Shown piece by piece: positions 38,930 to 47,885 of a stretch of 64,000 nt of DNA. The notes below the pieces were generated by a model. It was not told the DNA's origin, ran no database searches, and saw only the letters and a program-made list of their open reading frames with translations. Positions within the stretch are counted from its first letter, which is position 1, and each line of letters starts with the position of its first letter. This stretch comes from an uncultured Pseudomonadales bacterium (GTDB lineage Bacteria > Patescibacteriota > Microgenomatia > UBA1400 > PJMF01). A program made the position numbers and the translations under genes. The stretch is from positions 2,770 through 66,769 of the forward strand of contig CAZEEV010000002.1 of assembly GCA_964511345.1 (NCBI GenBank), given 5' to 3'.

Positions 38930-40179
38930 TTATCCCTCAATTGTTTAGAAAAATACATTTTTGAATACCTGTAATCAGCAAGCATCGAAATTACTGTATC
39001 AGATAACGATCCAATACCAACATCTATTGGCATATATCTATGAATAAAAGACAAAAGCCTGGGATCAAAATTTTGAAACTGGGGGGTAATTACAACATCC
39101 TGGCCGAGACAGCCAATCGAATGATCTCGCATAATCTCAATTTTCATTCCAGCCAAAGCTACTGGTAAAATCATATGAGAACCGAGTGTTCCAATTATTA
39201 ATTTACTTTTAGAATAAAGTTTGCACATTTCTTTATCTTTACTTTGACTAAAATGAGCTATCCTAGAATCATTGATCCATGATGGAAACTTTATTTGTTT
39301 TCCTATACCAACAAGCAAAAACTTAGCATTTGGGAATGCTTTTTTTATTTTAGAAAAAAGCAAAATAATTTTTATAGCCTGAACCAAAAAAGAGAAATTT
39401 TTAAGGGCATTAAATGCCAAAAATTTATCAAGAATTTTGCTTGATAGCCATGGTCGATCCTCTCGCCAATAAAAACTAATTACCAATTCTTCACTTTCTA
39501 AATTATGTGGCTCACATTTAACATAATCTGGAACATTAACATTTCGAGGATGACAATTAGTTTTATTAAGATAAAAAGAACTAAACCTATTAAGCTGTTG
39601 ATTAATCTTCTTTTCTAATTTCAAATAATATTCTTGAGCTTCTCTAATCGGAATATTAACTATCCAAGTTTCAGCAACATAATCTGGAATTAACCATTCG
39701 ATACTTTGAGGAGCTATGACAATTAAATAATTATTTACATCATTTTTATATTGATCACAATTGAACAATTTTAATAAACAATGACCATATAAAAAATCAA
39801 TGCAATTAATGATAATTACTTTTTTGTTTTTATAACTAACTGCTATTTTTTTAGTTACTTTTAAAGCTATATCTTTTGAATTTGGATTTTTTAGTGATTC
39901 CAAAAGTGGCTGACCAAACCATTTTTGAGAGTGATTTTCTGGACCAAATAATTTCCAATTAGTGGTGTCTACGCCAAAAGGATAATATCTCGCATGCCCA
40001 ATAATTAAATCTTGTACAAAATCAATATTACAAGCATCGCAATGTCCAGATACACAAACATGAATTCCTGTCCAAATAGGTTTTTGATCACTTAATATTT
40101 TCGAACAATATGGACAAAAAACCTTTTGATTAATAAATGGTTTGAGTTGAATAGTATTAATAGGCAATTTATGATTCAT
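38926..40179 (-). CDS. hypothetical protein with N-terminal Cys4 zinc ribbon
   Basis: CPYCSKIL...CVSGHCDACN near the N-terminus; 417 aa; translationally coupled in the glycan locus. Confidence 0.3.
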   Translation of the reverse strand: MNHKLPINTIQLKPFINQKVFCPYCSKILSDQKPIWTGIHVCVSGHCDACNIDFVQDLIIGHARYYPFGVDTTNWKLFGPENHSQKWFGQPLLESLKNPNSKDIALKVTKKIAVSYKNKKVIIINCIDFLYGHCLLKLFNCDQYKNDVNNYLIVIAPQSIEWLIPDYVAETWIVNIPIREAQEYYLKLEKKINQQLNRFSSFYLNKTNCHPRNVNVPDYVKCEPHNLESEELVISFYWREDRPWLSSKILDKFLAFNALKNFSFLVQAIKIILLFSKIKKAFPNAKFLLVGIGKQIKFPSWINDSRIAHFSQSKDKEMCKLYSKSKLIIGTLGSHMILPVALAGMKIEIMRDHSIGCLGQDVVITPQFQNFDPRLLSFIHRYMPIDVGIGSLSDTVISMLADYRYSKMYFSKQLRDK

Positions 40180-41108
40180 TTTGGTCTAAATAAATTTCTA
40201 GATATAGCTAATTTGACAGCATCTTTTTGGAATCTTTCTTTTACTTCTCCAGCATAATGTAAATAAGTTATGTCTTTTAATTTTTCTGGCTGATATTGCC
40301 AATATAACCATAAATTCAAATATTTGTTAGCTGACAGAATTTTGCTTTTAATTTTATCGAACAAAATAATTAGAGCGTCTTCTTCCACTATAAAATGCCT
40401 GGCAAATTCTACTTGGACAGCTAATTTAAAGACTTTATCCAAAAATGCTAAATCTATGCATTCTTTATTAGGAAAACCGATCATTCCGCAACTCATATAT
40501 ATGTGTGAGCTGGTGGCAGAAAAGATTTTTCTAAGTAAGCGTCTAACGACCATAGCTAGGTCATCATTTGTCCTCGTTTTTTCTTTCCACTCATGGACAG
40601 AATAGAGACCAAGATTTTTTTTAGAATAAAGCCAGTCAAGGACTTCTTTTGGTTTTTTATAAAATAAAACATCAGAATCGAAATTGATAAATCGATCGAA
40701 AGGGTTGAGAAGAAAAGCATCGAATTTATTTCTCACCATATTCTTAGAATAGTTCTGAGAAAATCTATATTCTGTAAAAGACGGATAATTCTTTAAAAGC
40801 TTTTTCATTTTTGTATCACACCATTTTTTAGATGGAATTATGACTGTAAAAAATTTAGACAACTTTTTTTTATCAGCCTCTGTCAAAGACCCATCACTAA
40901 CAATAAATATTGGGAATGGTCGGTTTGCACTATAAAAAAATGAGCTAATAGAATAAATAAACATGTCAACATATCGATGGCATAATAAAGCAGTAATGCC
41001 AATCGAATTATCTACAGGAGATTCTGTCTTTTGACTAGGAAGGAAATTTACCAAAAATTTAAATATAAATTCTTTAATTTGTCTCTTTAAAATAAAGTGC
41101 TTAGGCAT
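40176..41108 (-). CDS. hypothetical protein, possibly a nucleotide-sugar-dependent transferase
   Basis: 310 aa; DxD-like FINFDSDVLFY; SDGSLTEAD; immediately downstream of the wzt-like gene. Confidence 0.3.
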   Translation of the reverse strand: MPKHFILKRQIKEFIFKFLVNFLPSQKTESPVDNSIGITALLCHRYVDMFIYSISSFFYSANRPFPIFIVSDGSLTEADKKKLSKFFTVIIPSKKWCDTKMKKLLKNYPSFTEYRFSQNYSKNMVRNKFDAFLLNPFDRFINFDSDVLFYKKPKEVLDWLYSKKNLGLYSVHEWKEKTRTNDDLAMVVRRLLRKIFSATSSHIYMSCGMIGFPNKECIDLAFLDKVFKLAVQVEFARHFIVEEDALIILFDKIKSKILSANKYLNLWLYWQYQPEKLKDITYLHYAGEVKERFQKDAVKLAISRNLFRPK

Positions 41109-41826
41109 TTTTAAATCCTATTATTTTATCGCAACTCTTTTCTAAATAATCCAACCACTGGCTAACCATTATTATGGTGACATTATTCTTAAACATTTCT
41201 TTCATAGCCTCATTAGACCTTTTCTTAAAGTCATCATCGCCTGTATTCATTACCTCATCTAAAAGCAATATGTCTGGTTCTGCATGAATGGCTACACTGA
41301 AACCTAAACGCAACTTCATACCACTGGAATATGTATATAAAGGAGCGGTGATAAAATTACCAAGTCCAGCAAATTCTACAATCTTTTTAAACTTATGCTC
41401 GATTTCTTTTCTAGACATTCCAATAATCAAACCATTTAAAAATACATTTTCTTGACCAGTCAAGTCAGGGTGAAAACCAGCCTCTAAATCAATAAGAGAG
41501 ATGATACGACCCTTAGTTTTAACTGTGCCTTCAGTTGGAGAACTAATACCAGCAATAATTTTAAGGAGAGTGGTCTTACCAGCTCCGTTACGTCCATAGA
41601 AACCAATTTTTTCTCCTCTGTGAATTTGTAGAATAATATTTCTAAGAGCCCAATACTCTTCATTCTTTTGAAAATGTAAGACTCTATTTACGTCTTCTGC
41701 TAAAGTTGGTTTTTCGTGGTGAACAATATATTTTTTACCAACATGTTTCAGGTCAATCACCACTTCCTCATTTAATCTTTTCTTTTGTAGGACTTTTTCT
41801 TCTAGAATTGTCATTCTTATAACCAA
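41101..41826 (-). CDS. wzt: polysaccharide ABC exporter ATP-binding protein (Wzt/TagH/KpsT-like, short form)
   Basis: Walker A GRNGAGKTTLLKIIAG; signature YSSGMKLRLGFSVAIH; Walker B ILLLDEV. Confidence 0.8.
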   Translation of the reverse strand: MVIRMTILEEKVLQKKRLNEEVVIDLKHVGKKYIVHHEKPTLAEDVNRVLHFQKNEEYWALRNIILQIHRGEKIGFYGRNGAGKTTLLKIIAGISSPTEGTVKTKGRIISLIDLEAGFHPDLTGQENVFLNGLIIGMSRKEIEHKFKKIVEFAGLGNFITAPLYTYSSGMKLRLGFSVAIHAEPDILLLDEVMNTGDDDFKKRSNEAMKEMFKNNVTIIMVSQWLDYLEKSCDKIIGFKNA

Positions 41827-42656
41827 TCATCAAAATTTTTATTTTGTTGCTTGAAAATTTTTAACCCCAAATGAAAAATGTAAAAAACTATTAATAAACT
41901 TACCCAACTAAACTCAACTAATGTGAATGGCAATCTCATTAATGCAAAATGAAACATTTCAATAATTAAAGTCATCGGATTCAAATAGAAAAATGGCCTT
42001 AATAACTGTGGTAATAAATCAAGAGCGTAAATTACAGGAGTAGCGTAAAACCAAAGCATAACTGCCAATTGCACTATAAAATTTACATCACGAAAACGTA
42101 CGTTCAGAGAAGAAGCCAATAAAGATAGTCCTGAAGTAAATAATAAGAGCAATAAAACCGCTGGAATCAGCCATAACATTCTACCTAAATAGAAAAATAA
42201 TTGAATAAAACCGTAACCTTCCAAAATCATTTTGTCACCAATCAATAAAATAACCAACATTAGTAAAGCTACTAAAAAATGAAATAAATTAGATAAAATA
42301 ATTGATAAAACAATTGATTCTCTAGGAAACTTAGCTTTTTTTATTAAATTCCTCTCATAGAAAAAAGCTGGTGTGGTTTTAGTCAAACTTTGCGCAAAAA
42401 AATTCCACGGCAAAAGACCAGCAAATAAAAATAGGAAGTAATTATCAACGCGAACCGGTACAAAAAATTGAAAAACAAAACCCATAACAAGCATCTGTAA
42501 CAAAGGATTGATAATAATCCATAAAAACCCAAGCGTCGCATTTTTGTAGCGAGCTTTTATTTCTTTTTGCGTCATCACCACTAAAAAGTCTATCCAATGC
42601 CTCTGTTTTTTATTTAATTTAAAAAAATGTCCCATCAAGCCATCAAGATACCACAT
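41817..42656 (-). CDS. wzm: ABC-2 type polysaccharide exporter permease (Wzm/TagG-like)
   Basis: Six TM helices; position immediately upstream of, and overlapping, the ATPase gene. Confidence 0.7.
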   Translation of the reverse strand: MWYLDGLMGHFFKLNKKQRHWIDFLVVMTQKEIKARYKNATLGFLWIIINPLLQMLVMGFVFQFFVPVRVDNYFLFLFAGLLPWNFFAQSLTKTTPAFFYERNLIKKAKFPRESIVLSIILSNLFHFLVALLMLVILLIGDKMILEGYGFIQLFFYLGRMLWLIPAVLLLLLFTSGLSLLASSLNVRFRDVNFIVQLAVMLWFYATPVIYALDLLPQLLRPFFYLNPMTLIIEMFHFALMRLPFTLVEFSWVSLLIVFYIFHLGLKIFKQQNKNFDDWL

Positions 42657-42734
42657 TAATACCCTCTTGCAAAGATAAACAAAAATAGGATATTCTTATA
42701 AACGTCAGCATTTTTATTTGCTGCTTGGCTGCCA

Positions 42735-44279
42735 ATGTACAATCCTAGAGACTTTATTCCAACAAAATACAAGAAAAATATTGATAAGGTCAGTAGTTCT
42801 TCTGATGATGAAAAACCAAGTGAGTCAATTATCGACTCTCCATGGAGTGATTTAGCTAAAGAACCACAAACTCCAGAGTATCGCAGTAACATCACTCTTA
42901 GTGAAAATGGTATTAAAAACGAATTAAATGCCTCAAGTAAACTTGAAGAATTAAAAGAAATCAGCCAAGAAGAACAGACTCCATCTAGTTTAAATTTAAA
43001 AAATAAATCTAGTAATAAGAAAAAACTAACCGGTCTTTTAATGGTTTTCTTTTTGGTTATCGGTGGTTTTGCTAGTTACATGCTTAGTCAACAAAATCAA
43101 GATAATCGCCAACAGGCTAGCACTGGTAGTGAGGATCCATATCCAACCGATAATAGTTGTGGAACAAACATGACAAGATGGTCTGATGGATATTGCAGGT
43201 GGGATAATTGTAGGGCAACATCTAACGGTAAAATACTCTGTGGCTACATTACCGATCAAGATGCCTGTACAGAACAGTCTATGGGTGGAGATTGGTGCGA
43301 TAATCCAAATACTAGCCGCGTAGAAAATTGTGAAGAATCAGGCTTAATGCGCTGTCAATGCAGTGCTGGTTGGTGGGTAATTGGTAAAGCCCCTAGTTGT
43401 AGTGAGTTATGTGGCGATGCCAACGCAGACTGTGATGATTGTCCTACCCCAACTCCTCCACCTGGTGGTGGAGGTGGCAGTGGCGAACCAACTCCAACTC
43501 CTACTCCTCCAGCTGAGCTTTTGGCTTGTGGGACAACTGGTTGCACACAAAATGACGATTGCCAAAATGGCTTAACTTGCCAATCAGTAACAGTGAATTC
43601 TCAATCAACTGGTATTTGTGCTAAAGGAGAAAATCAGCTTTTCTGTGCTGCTAACCCTACTACAGATAACTGCTGTATTAGTCAAGCTATGCCAGTTTGT
43701 GCCAGTATTGAAATGCTTGATGCAAGCAACAATTTAATGACTGGCGATGCTGATAAAAACCTAAAGGTTGGAGATGAAGTACGTTTCCGTTGTAATGCTG
43801 TTGGCAACCAAGATGTTGATTTTGATTATCAATTCAGAATTTGGGATAAATCTACCACTACATGGGTAGACATTACCGATAGCAGCGGAACTGTAGCAAA
43901 GAATATTTCCGATACATATAAAATTAATAATTTCAGTAAGCACGTCGTCCAAGGTCGCATTTGCTGGGGAACCGAATGCCAAGTCTGGGAAATAGTCGAA
44001 GGAGCACCAACGACAAAAGGAGAACCACTACCGCTAATTAATGACGTTAGATCGCTAAACTGTTTTGAGGAAAATGCTATTCCATGCGCAGATGGTTACA
44101 TTTGTTCTGCCACTCCAGCAGGTGGCTGTCCTTCATCAGTAACAGTGAATGGCGAAGAGCTTGTGAGCGCCTGCGCCAGAACACCATCTTGCATGAAAGC
44201 AGAAGGAATCGAATGCGAGACAGTTAAAGATTGTTTTGATGGGTATAGCTGTCAAGAAGGATTTTGTACAAAACAATGA
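42735..44279 (+). CDS. surface protein with signal anchor, Cys-rich modules and Pro/Gly/Thr linker (paralog family A)
   Basis: TM helix at about aa 100; SQQNQDNRQQASTGSEDPY shared with the 6555 protein; linker PTPTPPPGGGGGSGEPTPTPTPP; modules CGTTGCTQNDDCQNGLTCQ; 514 aa. Confidence 0.5.
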   Translation: MYNPRDFIPTKYKKNIDKVSSSSDDEKPSESIIDSPWSDLAKEPQTPEYRSNITLSENGIKNELNASSKLEELKEISQEEQTPSSLNLKNKSSNKKKLTGLLMVFFLVIGGFASYMLSQQNQDNRQQASTGSEDPYPTDNSCGTNMTRWSDGYCRWDNCRATSNGKILCGYITDQDACTEQSMGGDWCDNPNTSRVENCEESGLMRCQCSAGWWVIGKAPSCSELCGDANADCDDCPTPTPPPGGGGGSGEPTPTPTPPAELLACGTTGCTQNDDCQNGLTCQSVTVNSQSTGICAKGENQLFCAANPTTDNCCISQAMPVCASIEMLDASNNLMTGDADKNLKVGDEVRFRCNAVGNQDVDFDYQFRIWDKSTTTWVDITDSSGTVAKNISDTYKINNFSKHVVQGRICWGTECQVWEIVEGAPTTKGEPLPLINDVRSLNCFEENAIPCADGYICSATPAGGCPSSVTVNGEELVSACARTPSCMKAEGIECETVKDCFDGYSCQEGFCTKQ

Positions 44280-45274
44280 ATATAGATCAACATCAAACAC
44301 CAACCACTTATTTAAAATCCAAAGATGGGCATAGTTCTGGTGTAATGAAAAAAACAAGTAACTTTAAAGCAATTCTAATGGCTCTTGGTTTGCTAGTGTT
44401 TATTGGTGGAACAGTCAGCGTTTTTCTCATCAGTCAAAAACAAGACACCACTCCAGTAGCTCCAAATGCTCCACAATCACAACCGGCCGCTTATATTGAA
44501 AAAACACAAACCTGTACCCTAGAGTTTGAAGTAACAGAACCTGAAGAAGAAAAAGTTTCTTGTGGTAATAGTGGATGCACTAATACTGACGACTGTGTCA
44601 GTGGTTATGTTTGCGTTTCTACTTCAGCCACAGATGATGACGGCAATATTATGAAGTATTGTGCTGACGAGGATTATTTAGACGCATGTGTTAATAATCC
44701 AAATCAAAACAATTGTTGCGAAGCACCAGAGGAAAATAAATTAGAATGTGGTGAAAAAGGTTGCGATAATGACGAGGATTGCGAGGATAATTTAATTTGT
44801 GTTGATGCCGATGGCAACAATAGATATTGTGCTAAAGAATCATATCAAGATGCTTGTGCAGATGATCCGGATGAAGAAACCTGCTGTGAAGCACCAGCTA
44901 CAGTCACTCCTACTACTACACTCACCACTACGCCAACTGTTACGCCTACGACAACTGTAACTGCAACACCAACTAACAAAACTACTACCGTAACTCCCAC
45001 TGCAACAGTAACGACTATCATCACCACTGTCGGTTGCAATGAGACCTGCAAGGCTAACGCAGATTGCAGCAACGTAAGCCATATTTGTTATGGCGGACAG
45101 TGCCGTTTAGATGTCAATCCAACCGATAGCCAATGTAAATTACCTAATGGCGAAACCACGATCGTCCGTCCAGTGACAGTTCCAACTCAAAGTGGTCCTG
45201 CCAACTGGGCAAACTATGTCAAGGCAGGGCTTGGTACTTTAGGTATTGGCGCTCTCTTGCTACTACTTCTCTAA
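44264..45274 (+). CDS. surface protein with signal anchor, Cys-rich modules, 45-aa Thr-rich mucin-like stretch and C-terminal hydrophobic tail (paralog family A)
   Basis: CGNSGCTNTDDCVSGYVCV and CGEKGCDNDEDCEDNLICVD modules; TVTPTTTLTTTPTVTPTTTVTATPTNKTTTVTPTATVTTIITT; C-terminal GLGTLGIGALLLLLL. Confidence 0.5.
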   Translation: MYKTMNIDQHQTPTTYLKSKDGHSSGVMKKTSNFKAILMALGLLVFIGGTVSVFLISQKQDTTPVAPNAPQSQPAAYIEKTQTCTLEFEVTEPEEEKVSCGNSGCTNTDDCVSGYVCVSTSATDDDGNIMKYCADEDYLDACVNNPNQNNCCEAPEENKLECGEKGCDNDEDCEDNLICVDADGNNRYCAKESYQDACADDPDEETCCEAPATVTPTTTLTTTPTVTPTTTVTATPTNKTTTVTPTATVTTIITTVGCNETCKANADCSNVSHICYGGQCRLDVNPTDSQCKLPNGETTIVRPVTVPTQSGPANWANYVKAGLGTLGIGALLLLLL

Positions 45275-45303
45275 AATCCAGAAGTCTAGTAAAATCTACC
45301 TCT

Positions 45304-45377
45304 GAAGATAAATGCGTGTGTAGCTCAATTGGTTAGAGCTCCAAGCTTATACCTTGGCGGTTCTAGGTTCGAGTCCT
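45304..45377 (+). tRNA. tRNA-Ile, anticodon UAU (decodes AUA)
   Basis: Hand-folded cloverleaf: acceptor GCGTGTG/CACACGC, D-arm GCTC-AATTGGTTA-GAGC, anticodon stem CCAAG/CTTGG with loop CTTATAC, T-arm CTAGG-TTCGAGT-CCTAG, discriminator A; no encoded CCA. Confidence 0.8.
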
Positions 45378-45439
45378 AGCACACGCACAGAACCCTCTTA
45401 AAAAATTTTTTATCCTCTCAAACATGTTAGAATAAATAT

Positions 45440-45889
45440 GTGTTACGCAAACTATTGATCATTATCGTCGTCATGTTTTTAATTTTTGGAACTTATAAAA
45501 TAGCTAAAGCTAAAAATCTTTTACCGAGCACTGTTTTTTCTAAAATCGAAGAAATTATTCCAGACAAAATTACTTTGCCTTGGAACAAGGAGAAAGAAAT
45601 TAAACTTGATGAGGTAAAAGTCGAACAAAAAGATCTAGAAAAACTTGGAGCTGATGGTCTATCTCAAATTCAGATCTTAGCAAACAAAGCCAAAGAAGCT
45701 GGTGGTGTTGCTCAAGACTTTGTAGATGACGTGGTCAAGGTTGACGAAAGTTCTGATAAAAATATCTCTGAAAAAGCATTCGATTATGGTAGATATATTT
45801 ATTGCCAAGAAGTAGTCAAACAGTATGAAGTCGCTCACAATTCTAATGAGGCTACTGACAGTTCAAGCACGGATTTAACATCAGAATAA
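45440..45889 (+). CDS. hypothetical protein with N-terminal TM anchor and acidic C-terminus
   Basis: 149 aa; TM helix LLIIIVVMFLIFGTY. Confidence 0.3.
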   Translation: MLRKLLIIIVVMFLIFGTYKIAKAKNLLPSTVFSKIEEIIPDKITLPWNKEKEIKLDEVKVEQKDLEKLGADGLSQIQILANKAKEAGGVAQDFVDDVVKVDESSDKNISEKAFDYGRYIYCQEVVKQYEVAHNSNEATDSSSTDLTSE

Positions 45890-46879
45890 ATGATGCTGCA
45901 AAAATTTTGGTTTTTCACCAACAGAAGAAGAGATAATTTTTTGTACACTTGGCAAACTTTGCAATAAATTTAAAACTTCTTTTTCATATTGAGGTAATGT
46001 CAAAACATGTACATTAAAACCTGTATTGATAGTGAAATAAGTTGGAATACCCTCTTTTCTAAGCTTACGAACAGCTTGCATAACTTCAATTGTCCCTGGA
46101 TAAAACAGTAATATATTTGGCTTGCTAGTTAATAAGATACTGTGAAATTCTAGAGCCTCAGCCTCAATTAATTCTCCTAAAGTTACGAAGTCTTTATCTA
46201 AAATTGCTTTTTTGACATTTGTAAGCTTTTCACCAATTTTCTCTTGACGAGCTGTAAAAAATAAACTTGTTTCTGCTAGATCATGACCCTCTGTGGAACT
46301 TAAGTTCTTTTTGTCTTCTGACACAATCGCCACCAAGTCTCTGATTGGAAAAGAATCTGGCTCTGCAAAACTTTGCGAATAAGATTCCTCTGAAGTTTCT
46401 CCATCCAACCATTCCACAAAACCTCCGTAAACACAACGACAAGCTGTGCCAGAACCCTGACGGGCTAAAATAGAGAGTTCTTTTTCTGATAGATCTAAAC
46501 CAATAGCCTTGCTAGCAGCTATCGTTAGAGCAGCAAAGCCAGATCCAGAACTAGAAAGGCCAGTACTTTTAGGAAAGTTATTTTCAGAAACAACTTTAGC
46601 AAAAATATTTTCTTTTATTAAATTTTGGCTTTGAGCCAAAGCTCTAATACGATCTAAGTGTTTAATTACACGAGAGGTCTCACCCTCTTCTGTTTCACCA
46701 CCAATAAACACTTCGTCCTTGCTTAAACTTGGTGAAAATTCAACAGTGGTCGTGCTATATAACGAATCCAGAATCATGGAAATACTGCCATTGGCAGGTA
46801 AACGCAAAATTTTGTCTTTTTTGCCCCAATATTTAACTAAAGCAACGTCGCTACTGGCTTGAGCTGTAATTTTTTGCAT
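45881..46879 (-). CDS. mvaD: mevalonate diphosphate decarboxylase family (MVD or phosphomevalonate-decarboxylase-like)
   Basis: GHMP fold; N-terminal ALVKYWGKKD (MVD KYWGKRD signature); GLSSSGSGFAAL. Confidence 0.75.
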   Translation of the reverse strand: MQKITAQASSDVALVKYWGKKDKILRLPANGSISMILDSLYSTTTVEFSPSLSKDEVFIGGETEEGETSRVIKHLDRIRALAQSQNLIKENIFAKVVSENNFPKSTGLSSSGSGFAALTIAASKAIGLDLSEKELSILARQGSGTACRCVYGGFVEWLDGETSEESYSQSFAEPDSFPIRDLVAIVSEDKKNLSSTEGHDLAETSLFFTARQEKIGEKLTNVKKAILDKDFVTLGELIEAEALEFHSILLTSKPNILLFYPGTIEVMQAVRKLRKEGIPTYFTINTGFNVHVLTLPQYEKEVLNLLQSLPSVQKIISSSVGEKPKFLQHHLF

Positions 46880-46886
46880 AAAACTT

Positions 46887-47885
46887 TTAATTTTCTGGCC
46901 TTACTCCCTCTTCATTCATGTTAACTTCAATAATTTTACCACCTGCTCGAGTAATTTCTTCAGCAACAGCACAATAATCGGCTGAATCGGCCAAAGCCAG
47001 CATACAATCTCCTCCGCCAGCACCTGAAAGTTTGGCACCCATTGCACCTGCGCTTTTGCTGGCAGCAATTAAATTCTCCAATTCAATGCTGCTCACTTGC
47101 AATCTACGCAATAAAGCTTGATTTTCATCCATTAATAAACCTAAATGCGGCCAATCTTGCTGTTGAAGAGTTTTTTTAGCTTGTTCAACTAATAAAGTGA
47201 TGTCGGTAAAGATATGATTAATAACTTCTTTATTATCGCTATGCAAACTTTGCACCATGCGTACTAAAGTAGCTGTATCAGCCTTAATTCCAGTATAGCC
47301 AACCATCAATGGCAAGCTTTTAATACTAATTGGCTCAACTGTTTTATGTTTGGTGAATTTGCCGTGAGGCGTAACATAATACAAAGTGCCACCCCAAATG
47401 CCAGCAGCAATATCAAATCCAGAAGCCACTCCCTGAACTTCAAGAACAGTGGCATAACAAAGATCGAATAACTCATCGTTGCTCATTGGCACCTCATAGA
47501 ATTCGCTCAGTGCTTTAGCAAAAGCTACCGTGCTTGCGCTACTCGAGCCTAGACCGTAAGAACTTTTGAATTCGTTTTTACTATAGACATGAATAGTTTT
47601 TTTCTGCGGATATTTTTTTAAAAAAAGTTTATAGCAAGTCTCAATAAAACTTACCTCTTTTGGCAAATTTTCATTACCAAGATCGGTGATTTTTTTTGAA
47701 TAAGCTCGTAAACCTAAATCTGGTGCATCCAAGATAAAAACTTCTTCACCGTTTTCTTCAACAGTGATCGATAAACGACGATTAACGGCAGTCACAATAC
47801 AAGGATGACCAAAAACTACACTATGTTCACCAAATAACATTAATTTACCAGGCGCTGAAGTTTTAATAACTTTTTTCATAAACAA
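46887..47885 (-). CDS. GHMP kinase, mevalonate-kinase-like (MVK or divergent phosphomevalonate kinase)
   Basis: APGKLMLFGEHSVVFGHP; GLGSSSAS; SGAGGGDCMLAL. Confidence 0.7.
   Translation of the reverse strand: MFMKKVIKTSAPGKLMLFGEHSVVFGHPCIVTAVNRRLSITVEENGEEVFILDAPDLGLRAYSKKITDLGNENLPKEVSFIETCYKLFLKKYPQKKTIHVYSKNEFKSSYGLGSSSASTVAFAKALSEFYEVPMSNDELFDLCYATVLEVQGVASGFDIAAGIWGGTLYYVTPHGKFTKHKTVEPISIKSLPLMVGYTGIKADTATLVRMVQSLHSDNKEVINHIFTDITLLVEQAKKTLQQQDWPHLGLLMDENQALLRRLQVSSIELENLIAASKSAGAMGAKLSGAGGGDCMLALADSADYCAVAEEITRAGGKIIEVNMNEEGVRPEN

Noticed and set aside
42656-42895. 79-aa ORF on the minus strand overlapping the start of the 42735 surface-protein gene
   Set aside because: Overlaps a better-supported gene on the opposite strand, has no motif, and lies in the probable promoter/5' region. 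It is likely spurious.
43038-45082. Several 60-96-aa antisense ORFs inside the Cys-rich/Thr-rich surface-protein genes (e.g. 43355-43546 Gly/Pro-rich, 44845-45072 Val/Thr-rich)
   Set aside because: Shadow ORFs generated by low-complexity repeats on the opposite strand. Their composition mirrors the sense-strand repeats.
44264-45274. LPXTG sortase signal or PEP-CTERM sorting signal at the C-terminus of the Thr-rich protein
   Set aside because: The C-terminus has a hydrophobic tail (GIGALLLLLL) but no LPXTG pentapeptide (LPNGE is not canonical), no PEP motif and no basic tail. It is treated only as a hydrophobic C-terminal segment.
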